In this document: positions 51,319 to 64,000 of the stretch, one piece after another
Numbering within the stretch: the first letter of the stretch is position 1
Layout of the letters: each line of letters starts with the position of its first letter
Assembly: GCA_965223855.1 (NCBI GenBank)
Contig: CBDCXM010000009.1
Span: 2,880,001 to 2,944,000 of the forward strand
Reading direction: 5' to 3'
Origin: Candidatus Multivoradales bacterium
GTDB lineage: Bacteria > Acidobacteriota > Thermoanaerobaculia > Multivoradales > JAHEKO01
Length of the DNA stretch: 64,000 bases
Translations under genes and position numbers: made by a program
The notes under the pieces: generated by a model
Database searches by the model: none
Seen by the model: the letters and a program-made list of their open reading frames with translations, nothing else
Told to the model about the DNA's origin: nothing

Positions 51319-54006
51319 TCAGGACCCGGGTTCGGTGTCCGAGGCTTCCGCGCCGGACGCCTCAGGGTCCGAGGTATCCGGCGGAGGTCCGTCCGGAGCC
51401 GGCTTCCCCGGCCCGGTCCTGATCGCCGTACTGACACCCTCACGGGGCTCTTCCGGGCGCTCGAGGGTCGCTCCGGCGACGCCATCGACGCCGGTCTCCT
51501 CGTTCCAGAAGTAGAGGGTGGCCCGTCGTGTCCCAGGCCCTGTGGCGACGCTCCAGCGCGCCCGGGCCTCGTCGATCGACTGCTCTTCGCTCGCGAGCGT
51601 CACACCGTCGTCGTCGACCAGCACCCACGAGGCCTTTCCACCGATGGCTCCGGCCGGCAGGTCGGCGAGGAAGTGATCGAGCTCCGACTCCTCCTCGATC
51701 GCGAGCGGGATCTCGACGGCGGGAGCCGCGACCGGAACCGCGGGATCCCCGAGCAGATTGAAGAGGTGGGTCGAGTCCCGACGCCCGAGGTCCCGCTTGA
51801 CCCGGAGCAGCGCCTCTCCGATGGTGCCCGGCCTCGACAGTTCCTCGACCAGTCCCCGGCTCAGCGCGCGTGGCGGGGCGTTGCGCCAGGAGGCTCCGAT
51901 GAAGCCGATCGCTCCCCGGTCGGGCATCCTCAGGAACGCCTCGCCGATCGAGTCCGAGCTCGGATGATCGAAAGGCGCCGAGTAGCACGAGACGCTGACC
52001 ACGACCGAGAGGCGCTCGCTCGGTTGCAGCTCGGCGAGCTGCTCGAGGCCGAAGAGATCGATCTGGTTGGACAGGTCGGGAGGTGCGGTGCGCCAGATGA
52101 ACCGCCCGCCGTGCCCGATGAAGTGGGTCACCAGCATCCCCTCGTCGAGTCCCTGCATGATCCGGGCGCGATCCTCGGGATTGGCCTCGTCGCCGGGCAG
52201 TACCATCGTGGGCGCGAACCCGGAGTCGGCGAAATCCCGCGCGAGTCTCTGACTCCGGCTCTTATGTGACTGAACACCGCCCGTGATCCACAGGTGGCGA
52301 CTCCGCCAGGGTCCGAGCGGGGCTTCGGCGATGTAGCGACGGATCTTCGCCGTGATCTCACGTACTTCGTCGGGGTCGACGACCGGGAGGCGGCCGAGGG
52401 CGAGATCGGGTAGCTCGTCGTCGCCGTCCACCATGACGAAGTAGGCGTCGCTCGCGGCGTGTCCCTCGGTGGTGTGGTAGCTCCAGCTCGGCACGAGGTT
52501 GCGGTTGTTGAGCAATGCCTCGGAGTAGTCGAGCGTGTGCATGCGGCCGAACCTCGGCCCGGCAGCGCCGGCGCGGTTCCCCCAGTTCGCATAGTTCGCG
52601 TCATCGACGGTGGCGTTCTTCGTGTCCCAACTCGCGTCGCCTACCAGCAGGACGAATCGGGGCCGGGGTCGCTCCCAGTTGTGGTAGGCGAACTCGAGGA
52701 ACGAACGGATCGCTTCCGGGGCCGAGACACCGGCGAGAAACTCGTCGTAGACGTCGGCGACGTCGATCACTTCGACCTCGAGACCGCGGTCGCGATGAAG
52801 CGCGGCCAGCTCCTCCGTCGCCTCCAGCAGGCTGCGATGAGCGATCATCAGATAGTCGGCCCTGTTGTCGAAGGCACGCAATCGGCTCGGGCGGTCGACC
52901 TCGATGGCGACCGGCTCGAGGACGGCGTCACTTCGCAGCAGCCACAGGTCGGCGGTGCCGGCGTTCTCGAGAAGCATCGTCGCGCCGGCGTTCGCCTCCC
53001 ACTCCCACAGATGCTCGCCGAACACGGTGATCGTGCCGTCGACCGGGCTTTCGACGGGGACGGGAAGGCGTTCGTCCTCGGCATGCCGCCGCCAGCGAAC
53101 CAGCTCCTGGTGGAGAACTGGTTCGACCGCGAACTGAGCCCGGATCCAATCGAACACGACGACGTCGAGGATGGACTCGCCGGCAAACTCCCGCGGCTCG
53201 ACGTAGACCTCGAACGCGAGGGAGGAGACCTCGCCGGAATCGGCCTCGACAGCGGCCGATCGCTCTCCCACGAACGGTGTGCGACCGTCCCAGGTGAATC
53301 GATGTGTGTTGCCTTGCAGCGCCACCATCACCTGATGGTCGCGCCCCGGATGAGGCTGACCGTCCACCGGCTCCGGCACCGCGCTCGACAAGCCCCGGAA
53401 GCTGGCCTCGAAGTTAACCCGCGCCCCGGCTCTGATGCCGCGTGCTTCCATCTCGGTGGAGAACGGTTTCTTGCTGAGCTGGCTCAGCTTGCTCCAGTAC
53501 CAGAGCTCCGGATGCTCGTCGTCACCGACTTCGGCCGCCGCCAGACGGATCAGAAGCTGGTCCTTCTCGAGATGCTCATCGCGATAGGGAACCGCGACAT
53601 CGATCCCGGTCTCGTCGTACTCTGAGAGAGTTCCTTCGGAGTAGCGACGTGCGGCACTCGGATCGAGCTTCAGCCAGTAGACATTGTGCCGGGCATAGGG
53701 GTGGTAATAGGTCGCCGGTCCGTGGAGGACGTCCGCGACGAACTCGAGGTGGTCACCGGGCCCGAACAGGCCGTCGCCGCCGTCCTGGACCCTCAGACGC
53801 ACGAGCCGGTCGCCGTTGCTCAGCGCGAGGTGTGAACTCTTCACCTCGCCTTCGGCTCCCGCGGCTTCGAGCTCCTCGAAGTTCACTCGGTGCACGCCGG
53901 CCTCGGCGGTGAAGATCTTCACCTGCTGCCAGGAGGGTTCGGCGACCGCCGAGCCGGCGGCGGCGATCGAGAGCGCGAGCGTGAGGGCCAGACGTCGGTT
54001 TTTCAC
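51319..54006 (-). CDS. Secreted C25 (gingipain-family) cysteine peptidase
   Basis: Signal peptide, ADYL.I, DVYDEF, FVLLVGD, SD.YF...GDD..PD...GRLP, catalytic GHG and SC motifs, LLGDP. Confidence 0.85.
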   Translation of the reverse strand: MKNRRLALTLALSIAAAGSAVAEPSWQQVKIFTAEAGVHRVNFEELEAAGAEGEVKSSHLALSNGDRLVRLRVQDGGDGLFGPGDHLEFVADVLHGPATYYHPYARHNVYWLKLDPSAARRYSEGTLSEYDETGIDVAVPYRDEHLEKDQLLIRLAAAEVGDDEHPELWYWSKLSQLSKKPFSTEMEARGIRAGARVNFEASFRGLSSAVPEPVDGQPHPGRDHQVMVALQGNTHRFTWDGRTPFVGERSAAVEADSGEVSSLAFEVYVEPREFAGESILDVVVFDWIRAQFAVEPVLHQELVRWRRHAEDERLPVPVESPVDGTITVFGEHLWEWEANAGATMLLENAGTADLWLLRSDAVLEPVAIEVDRPSRLRAFDNRADYLMIAHRSLLEATEELAALHRDRGLEVEVIDVADVYDEFLAGVSAPEAIRSFLEFAYHNWERPRPRFVLLVGDASWDTKNATVDDANYANWGNRAGAAGPRFGRMHTLDYSEALLNNRNLVPSWSYHTTEGHAASDAYFVMVDGDDELPDLALGRLPVVDPDEVREITAKIRRYIAEAPLGPWRSRHLWITGGVQSHKSRSQRLARDFADSGFAPTMVLPGDEANPEDRARIMQGLDEGMLVTHFIGHGGRFIWRTAPPDLSNQIDLFGLEQLAELQPSERLSVVVSVSCYSAPFDHPSSDSIGEAFLRMPDRGAIGFIGASWRNAPPRALSRGLVEELSRPGTIGEALLRVKRDLGRRDSTHLFNLLGDPAVPVAAPAVEIPLAIEEESELDHFLADLPAGAIGGKASWVLVDDDGVTLASEEQSIDEARARWSVATGPGTRRATLYFWNEETGVDGVAGATLERPEEPREGVSTAIRTGPGKPAPDGPPPDTSDPEASGAEASDTEPGS

Positions 54007-54114
54007 GCCGGTAAGCTAGCATGTCCTGCGCCTGCCGCGAGGCGTGCAACCTCGCTTGTACGCGTACGTATCGAAGGGCAGTTCGCCCCAACCGACGATC
54101 TCCGAGGGACCTCC

Positions 54115-56034
54115 ATGAAACTCACCCGCCTTTCCGCGGCGACGACAGCCGTCCTGCTTTCTCTGACTCTCGCTTCGTGCGCGACCGCTCCCGAGCCGGA
54201 TCCGCTGCCCTCGCGGCAGTACACGGTCGACGAGTTCGTCAGCACCGTCTCCTATTCAGGCGCTTCGTTCGCTCCGGACAACGCGGACATCCTCGTCAGC
54301 AGCGACGAGAGCGGCATCTTCAACGTCTACTCGGTCCCGACGGCCGGAGGGGCAGCGACGGCTCTGACGACCTCGACCGAGGAGTCGATCTTCGCGGTCG
54401 GATACTTCCCGGCCGACCGCAGGTTTCTCTACACCGCGGACGAGGGGGGCAACGAGCTCGACCATCTCTACGTTCGCGAGGAGGACGGCTCGGTCCAGGA
54501 CCTGACGCCGGGCGAGGGACTCAAGGCGCTCTTCCTCACCTGGTCGCGGGACGACGAGGCGTTCTACGTCGCCACCAACGAGCGCGACGAGCGCTATTTC
54601 GACGTCTACGAGTACCAGGCGGACGACTACGAGCGCGAGCTGATCTTCGTCAACGACTCCGGGCTCGACTTCGCCGACCTGAGCCCCGATCGGCGCTGGA
54701 TCGCGCTGGCCAAGACGAACACCAACGCCGACAGCGACATCTACCTGTTCGATCGCGAGAGCGGTGAGACGTCCCTCATCTCGGAGCATGAGGGTGAGGT
54801 GCAGCACTACCCGGCCTCTTTCACGCCAGATGGCGCCGGCCTCCTCTACCTGACCGACCGCGACAGCGAGTTCCTCTATCTCGTGCGCCGGGATCTCGAG
54901 TCGGGCGAGGACACGGTCATCGAGCGCGACGACTGGGACGTCTCCTTTGCCGGCTACTCCAAGCACGGCAAGTACCTGGTGGTCGGCTTCAACCGCGACG
55001 CGAAGACCGACCTGCGCGTGTTCGAAGCCGAAACTCACGAGCGGGTGGCGCTGCCCGAGATGCCGAACGCGGAGATCACGTCGGTGCGGTTCTCCGGTGA
55101 CGAGAGCCACCTGGCGTTCTACGCCAGCAGCAGCCGGATCCCGCGCGACCTGTTCGTTCTCGAGCTCGGCGGCACCGACGCCCGGCAGCTCACGTCGTCG
55201 CTCAACCCGGTGATCGCCGCCGAGGATCTGGTGGAAGGTGAGGTGGTGCGGTTCAACTCCTTCGACGACCTCGAGATCCCGGGGATTCTCTATCGCCCCC
55301 ATCAGGCGAGCGTCGAGAATCAGGTGCCGGCAGTCGTGCTGGTCCACGGTGGCCCCGGCGGCCAGTCCCGCCTCGGCTACAGCGCGATCATCCAGTACCT
55401 GACGAACCACGGATACGGGGTCTACGCGATCAACAATCGCGGTTCGTCCGGCTACGGGAAGACCTTCTACCACCTCGACGACCAGCGCCACGGGCGCGAC
55501 GATCTCGACGACTGCGTCGAGAGCAAGAAGATGCTGATCGAGACCGGCTGGATCGATCCCGAGAGGATCGGCATCATCGGCGGCTCTTACGGCGGCTTCA
55601 TGGTCCTGGCGGCTCTGACGTTCCGCCCCGAAGAGTTCGCCGTGGGCGTCGACATCTTCGGCATCTCGAACTGGCATCGCACGGTGCAGAGCATCCCGCC
55701 ATGGTGGGAGTCGTTCCGCGCCGCGCTGGAGAAGGAGATGGGACCGTTCGACGACGAGGAGTACTTCCGATCGATCTCTCCGTTCTTCCACGCCGAGAAC
55801 ATCGTCAGGCCGCTGATGGTGCTGCAGGGGGCCAACGATCCCCGGGTGCTCAAGGTCGAGTCGGACGACATCGTGGCGGCGGCGCGCGAGAACGGAGTGC
55901 CGGTCGAGTATGTCGTCTTCGAGGACGAGGGGCACGGCTTCCTCAAGAAGGAGAACCGGATTCGCGGCTACCGCGGCATCCGGGAGTTCCTCGACCAGCA
56001 CCTGAAGTCGATCGGACGCGATCTCGAGGGCTAA
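54115..56034 (+). CDS. S9 family (acylaminoacyl/dipeptidyl) peptidase, lipoprotein
   Basis: LASC lipobox, beta-propeller, HGGP, GGSYGG, G.NDPRV, DEGHG. Confidence 0.9.
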   Translation: MKLTRLSAATTAVLLSLTLASCATAPEPDPLPSRQYTVDEFVSTVSYSGASFAPDNADILVSSDESGIFNVYSVPTAGGAATALTTSTEESIFAVGYFPADRRFLYTADEGGNELDHLYVREEDGSVQDLTPGEGLKALFLTWSRDDEAFYVATNERDERYFDVYEYQADDYERELIFVNDSGLDFADLSPDRRWIALAKTNTNADSDIYLFDRESGETSLISEHEGEVQHYPASFTPDGAGLLYLTDRDSEFLYLVRRDLESGEDTVIERDDWDVSFAGYSKHGKYLVVGFNRDAKTDLRVFEAETHERVALPEMPNAEITSVRFSGDESHLAFYASSSRIPRDLFVLELGGTDARQLTSSLNPVIAAEDLVEGEVVRFNSFDDLEIPGILYRPHQASVENQVPAVVLVHGGPGGQSRLGYSAIIQYLTNHGYGVYAINNRGSSGYGKTFYHLDDQRHGRDDLDDCVESKKMLIETGWIDPERIGIIGGSYGGFMVLAALTFRPEEFAVGVDIFGISNWHRTVQSIPPWWESFRAALEKEMGPFDDEEYFRSISPFFHAENIVRPLMVLQGANDPRVLKVESDDIVAAARENGVPVEYVVFEDEGHGFLKKENRIRGYRGIREFLDQHLKSIGRDLEG

Positions 56035-56046
56035 CACCGACAGGGA

Positions 56047-56400
56047 CTGGTCGAGGAGGGGATCTTCCTCGGCCCTTCGGACTCTGCCCGGTCTGCCTGG
56101 CACTTGGCGTCAGGTCAGCGGCACCAGGGCATCGGCGTCATGACCAGGTGACGGTGCAGCCCCGATTCCGGGGCCCTGGGTGTCCGCCGGAAGATCGCTC
56201 TTCCAGGTAGGAAGGAGGTCGGCGCAGGCCTTCGCGAGGACGGAACCTACGGGGGGAAGGACGCGCGAGCGCGCCGGGCCCAAACCGACCCACACTTCTG
56301 CCGCCTGAGGCCCGGTTGAGCGCGAAAGCCCTGGCGGGCGTCCTTCCTACCCGAGTCCCTTCGCGAAACGGGTCGCTGTGGCCGAGGGGGCTCTCACCAG
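56047..56400 (+). ncRNA. Candidate ~350-nt structured RNA of unknown family
   Basis: Nested long-range helices CTGGT/ACCAG, CTTCCTCGGCC/GGCCGAGGGGG, GGACTC/GAGTCC and GGTAGGAAGGA/TCCTTCCTACC, plus local hairpins. Fills the gap between convergent genes. Confidence 0.4.
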
Positions 56401-56425
56401 GCTGGAAGCCCAGTAGAGAGGCGCC

Positions 56426-56809
56426 TCAGCTGCCTGGAATCCGCGCGACCAGGTCGATCTCGACCAGGGCCCCCTTCGGCAGCGCCGCCACCTGAACGGT
56501 CGAACGGGCCGGACGGTGGTCGCCCATGAAGGCGCCGTAGAGTTCGTTGATGGTGCCGAAGTCGGCGAAATCGACGAGGAAGATCGTCGCCTTGACGACG
56601 TCGGCGGGGCGGCACCCGCCCGCCTCGAGCACGGCGCCCAGGTTCGCGAGCACCTGCCGAGCCTGTCCCGCAAAGTCGTCGGCGACCATCTCGCCGCTCT
56701 CGGGGTCGAGGGCGACCTGCCCGGAGGTGTAGAGCCAGCCGTCGACTTCGATCGCCTGGGAGTAGGGGCCGATAGCGGCGGGAGCGCGGTCGGTGTGATG
56801 AGACTTCAT
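56426..56809 (-). CDS. ridA: RidA-family reactive imine deaminase
   Basis: APAAIGPYSQA, SGQ, NL.AVL, F..IN..Y..F, PARS.V.V..LP. Confidence 0.9.
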   Translation of the reverse strand: MKSHHTDRAPAAIGPYSQAIEVDGWLYTSGQVALDPESGEMVADDFAGQARQVLANLGAVLEAGGCRPADVVKATIFLVDFADFGTINELYGAFMGDHRPARSTVQVAALPKGALVEIDLVARIPGS

Positions 56810-57336
56810 GAGGATTCCTCCCGGACGACGCCCACGTAGGGCAGGTTTCGATAGCGCTCGTCGAGGTCGAGTCCGTAGCCGACGACGAACTCGTTGCCGA
56901 CCTCGAAGCCGCTGTAGGCGATCGGGACCTCGATCTCGCGCGCCGGGACCTTGTCGAGCAGGGTGCAGACCTCGATCGAGGCTGCCCCGTGATCGCGGAG
57001 AACATCGAGGACCGTGTGAAGCGAATACCCGGAATCGACGATGTCCTCGATCAGAAGCACCGGATCGTCGCCGAAGTCGAGTTCCGGCCGGCGCTTGACT
57101 TCCAGCCGCCCGCGGACGGTCCCGCGGTAGCTCGACACCTGGACGAACTCGATCTTGACGGGGACCGAGAGAGCCCGGACGAGATCGGCGAGGAAGAAGA
57201 GCGAGCCCTTCAGTACGCCGACACAGATGAGCGTCGAGCCGTCGGAGTACTTCCGGTCGATCTCCGCAGCGAGCTCGGCGATCCTTGCGTTGATGCGTTC
57301 GCGGGAGATCAGGACGTCGATCGCGGGGCCGGGCAT
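56806..57336 (-). CDS. hpt: Hypoxanthine phosphoribosyltransferase
   Basis: VLKGS..F.ADL, SSY, IEDIVDSG, FVVGYGLD...RYRNLP. Confidence 0.93.
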   Translation of the reverse strand: MPGPAIDVLISRERINARIAELAAEIDRKYSDGSTLICVGVLKGSLFFLADLVRALSVPVKIEFVQVSSYRGTVRGRLEVKRRPELDFGDDPVLLIEDIVDSGYSLHTVLDVLRDHGAASIEVCTLLDKVPAREIEVPIAYSGFEVGNEFVVGYGLDLDERYRNLPYVGVVREESS

Positions 57337-57493
57337 GGCGCGTAGGGTAGCAGGCGCGACGCCCCCCTTCGAGGTCCAACCACTCGCCTCTTCGTGAGGC
57401 GGTGGCTCCCCGGTGCGGCCGTGGTTCGAGCGGGGTCTTTCTTGTAAGGTTCGCCTGCCTGCTCGACGCCTGTCGGCGGGTTGCGGAGAAGAG

Positions 57494-59068
<1,575 letters not shown>

Positions 59069-59099
59069 TTCGAAGAGCGACGCTCGCCTCGCCGGGCCG

Positions 59100-60275
59100 C
59101 TGCCGCTCGCGATCGCGCGGCGCTATCTGAAGAGCGCGCGGCGCGACGCGTTCGTCAGTTTCCTCTCGCTCGCCGCCGCGGCCGGCATCGGGCTGGGGGT
59201 GGCCGCGCTCGTGATCGCCCTCGCCGCGCTGGCGGGGTTTCAGGGGGCGCTGCGCCAGGAGATCCTCGGGCGCACTCCCGAGATCGCGCTCTCCACGCCG
59301 CCGGGGACCGACACCTCGGAGCTCGCCGCGCGGATCCGAGACCTCCCGGCGGTCGAGACCGCTCAGGCGGTGCTCGAGGGGAGCGGTTGGATTCTGCGCG
59401 ACGGTGCCGCCCGACCGGTCTCGATGGTCGCCTACGAAGGTGAGCTGCCGACACTCTTCCCGGGAGTGGAGGGGCTCGGGGGAGAGGATGGGCGACCGCA
59501 GGGCCTCTACCTCGGCGACGAGCTCGCCGCAACCTGGGGGCTGATGCCGGGCGACACCGTCGAGATCGTCGCCGCCCGGCCGCTACTGACACCGCTCGGA
59601 CCGCAGCCGCGGGTCCGACGGATCCCGATGGCGGGTACGTTCACGACGGGCCGGACCGAGTATCGCGATCGGATCGCCCTCCCGTGGGAGATCGGCCGGG
59701 GTCTCATCGGCCGCGGGGGTGAACGGATCCTCGCGGGCAGCGGCGATCTGGAGCGGGTGGACGAACTCTCTGCCGCTATGGCGCCGCTGCTGCCCGAAGG
59801 CACGCGCGTCGAGACTTGGCGCGATCGCAACCAGGCGCTGCTGTTCGCGCTTCGACTGGAGAAGACGCTGATGTTCCTCGGCATCTTCCTCATCGTCGTC
59901 GTCGCCTCGCTGGCGCTCGTCTCGAGCCTGCTGCTGATCCTCGCCAGCAAGAGACACGAAGTCGGGATGCTGCGCGCGATGGGGGCCACCCGGGCGTCGG
60001 TCCGGTCGGTGTTCCTCTGGCTCGGAGCGATTCTGGCCGGCGCGGGAGCGGCGGCCGGCGCGATTGCCGGTTGCGCGATCGCCTGGGCGCTCGATCGGTG
60101 GCGACTTCTGCGTCTGCCGGACCAGGTCTACTTCCTCGACCACGTGCCGTTCGAACTCGCGCCCCTCGACTTCGCCGCTGTGCTGGTCACCAGTGTCGGG
60201 CTCGCAGCCGTCTGCGCCACCTGGGCGAGCCATCGGGCCGCTACCCTCGACCCGGTCGGAGCGTTGAGACGATGA
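59100..60275 (+). CDS. LolC/E-family lipoprotein-releasing ABC permease (start codon unclear)
   Basis: In-frame IARRYLKS..RDAFVSFLS...GIGLGVAALVI begins upstream of the ORF-track start. Also W.DRN..L..AL.LEK, EVG.LRAMGA, P..ALR. Confidence 0.85.
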   Translation: MPLAIARRYLKSARRDAFVSFLSLAAAAGIGLGVAALVIALAALAGFQGALRQEILGRTPEIALSTPPGTDTSELAARIRDLPAVETAQAVLEGSGWILRDGAARPVSMVAYEGELPTLFPGVEGLGGEDGRPQGLYLGDELAATWGLMPGDTVEIVAARPLLTPLGPQPRVRRIPMAGTFTTGRTEYRDRIALPWEIGRGLIGRGGERILAGSGDLERVDELSAAMAPLLPEGTRVETWRDRNQALLFALRLEKTLMFLGIFLIVVVASLALVSSLLLILASKRHEVGMLRAMGATRASVRSVFLWLGAILAGAGAAAGAIAGCAIAWALDRWRLLRLPDQVYFLDHVPFELAPLDFAAVLVTSVGLAAVCATWASHRAATLDPVGALRR

Positions 60276-60970
60276 GTGTCGCGGTCGAGGCGCGGAATCT
60301 GCGCAAGGCCTATCGCGACGGCGAGCGGTCGATCCGGGTGCTCGAAGGAGCGAACCTCTCGGTCGGAGCCGGAGAGTTCGTGGCGGTGGTAGGTCCGTCC
60401 GGCTGCGGGAAGTCGACCCTGCTCCACCTGCTCGGCGGTCTCGATCGGCAGGACGGCGGCGAGATCACCCTCGGCGGGCAGTCGTGGACGGCACTCGGAA
60501 GCGCCGATGCCGCGCGCTTCCGCAACCGCACGATCGGGTTCGTCTTCCAGTTCCAGGAGCTGCTGGCGGATTTCAGCGCTCTCGAAAACGTCATGCTTCC
60601 GGGCCGGATCCGCGGATGGCCCGCTGCGCGGTGCGCGTCTCGGGGGCGCGACCTCCTCGCCGAAGTCGGGCTCGAGGATCGGGCCGACTCGTTCCCCGGC
60701 CAGCTTTCGGGCGGCGAGCGACAGCGGGTGGCGCTGTGCCGCGCATTGCTCCTCGAGCCGCCGCTGCTGCTGGCCGACGAACCGACGGGGAGCCTCGACC
60801 CCGACAGCGGCGAGGCCGTTTTCGACCTCATGCTGAGCCTCCAGCGGCGCCACGGGACGACCGGCCTGGTCGTGACCCACAACCCGGAGCTGGCGAGGCG
60901 CTGTGGTAGAGTCCTCACCCTCGAAGAGGGGCGCCTAAGTCCCGAAGAACAAGGCTTTTCGACCCCGTAG
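60272..60970 (+). CDS. lolD: Lipoprotein-releasing ABC ATP-binding protein
   Basis: GPSGCGKSTLLH.LGGLD, RN..IGFVFQF, LSGGERQR, ADEPTG.LD. Confidence 0.9.
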   Translation: MSVAVEARNLRKAYRDGERSIRVLEGANLSVGAGEFVAVVGPSGCGKSTLLHLLGGLDRQDGGEITLGGQSWTALGSADAARFRNRTIGFVFQFQELLADFSALENVMLPGRIRGWPAARCASRGRDLLAEVGLEDRADSFPGQLSGGERQRVALCRALLLEPPLLLADEPTGSLDPDSGEAVFDLMLSLQRRHGTTGLVVTHNPELARRCGRVLTLEEGRLSPEEQGFSTP

Positions 60971-61006
60971 ACGGCACCGCGAGCGACCTTCGAAGCCTTC
61001 AGGACG

Positions 61007-63433
<2,427 letters not shown>

Positions 63434-63455
63434 CCTTCCTTTTCTTCGCCGCCGT

Positions 63456-64000
63456 ATGGATCGCTTCTTGCAGAAGAGCACGCGTGGAGACGACGACCGG
63501 GTGAGAGCTCTCGAAGCAGACTGGGGCGGGTGCAGGCCGTCGCCCACAGATGGACGTACGCACAGCGCCCACCGGAGCAGGTGGCGCGGTGCTCTATTGG
63601 CGGCATGCTGCCTGATCGGCGCGCTCTCGGCGCCGCGGGAGGCCTCCGCGCAGCTCTACAACGGACAGCAGATCGTCGATCTTCAGTTCGAGGGGCTTCA
63701 GACGCTGGCGGAGAGCACCCTCGTCTTCTACCTCGGTCTCGAGGAGGGGACGAGCCACACCGCGGCTTCGCTCAACGAGAAGATTCATCTGCTCTGGTCG
63801 CGCGGCCTGATCGACGACATCTCCGTGCAGACGGAGCAGGTTCCGGGCGGTGTGAGCCTCAGAATCCGGCTCGTCGAGAGGCCGACGCTGTCGTCGATCG
63901 AGTACACCGGCATCAAGCGGCTGCAGCGCACCGACATCAACGACCGGATCACCCGCGACCGGATCAAGGCCCGAGAGGGAGATCCTCTCAGCGAGGGTGA
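63456..64000 (+). CDS. bamA: Outer membrane protein assembly factor, 5' part (runs off window end)
   Basis: Manual translation: signal peptide then POTRA-like IVDLQFEGLQ...LWSRGLIDDI...VERP.LSSIEY.G.K. Start is ATG 63456 or GTG 63501. Confidence 0.8.
   Translation, partial: MDRFLQKSTRGDDDRVRALEADWGGCRPSPTDGRTHSAHRSRWRGALLAACCLIGALSAPREASAQLYNGQQIVDLQFEGLQTLAESTLVFYLGLEEGTSHTAASLNEKIHLLWSRGLIDDISVQTEQVPGGVSLRIRLVERPTLSSIEYTGIKRLQRTDINDRITRDRIKAREGDPLSEG

Noticed and set aside
56047-56400. Identification as RNase P RNA, tmRNA, SRP RNA or a cobalamin riboswitch
   Set aside because: No GAGGAAAGTCC/ACAGAA..CGGCTTA, no tRNA-like GGGG..TTCGA..CCACCA ends, no CAGGTCCGGAAGGAAGCAGC, and no B12-box. 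It is also not upstream of any gene.

Overview
High-GC bacterial chromosomal window. Gene content and order (lysS-lolC/E-lolD-clpC-bamA, TonB receptor, C25 peptidase, pyrR-pyrB-pyrC) fit a diderm such as an acidobacterium, though this is an inference. Positions ~1-15.2 kb are accessory: three toxin-antitoxin-type pairs, an orphan YgjP/M48 peptidase, a large secreted PKD/Ig/zinc-protease and a defence-like island ending just upstream of tRNA-Thr(CGT). The island has two NucS-like PD-(D/E)xK nucleases flanking an oppositely oriented HNH + MazG-like + DUF2075 nuclease-helicase::S24 operon, plus a truncated hsdM. The rest is mostly housekeeping: pepP, a trans-3-hydroxyproline catabolic pair, smc, pyr genes, aroC/aroB, hisS/aspS/lysS, ftsY, hemW and ltaE. 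Best leads: (1) the HNH-MazG-DUF2075::S24 candidate defence operon with a LexA-like self-cleaving tail; (2) two highly structured ~300-350 nt intergenic elements (29.65-29.86 kb and 56.05-56.40 kb) sharing a GGACTC..GGTA/TACC..GAGTC helix, which match no RNA I recognise; (3) a cluster-less radical-SAM-like/PolX-HhH fusion; (4) pervasive leaderless-type promoters; (5) a frameshifted GspE/PilB ATPase and two genes that seem to need non-canonical starts. All calls are from reading the sequence and no searches were run.
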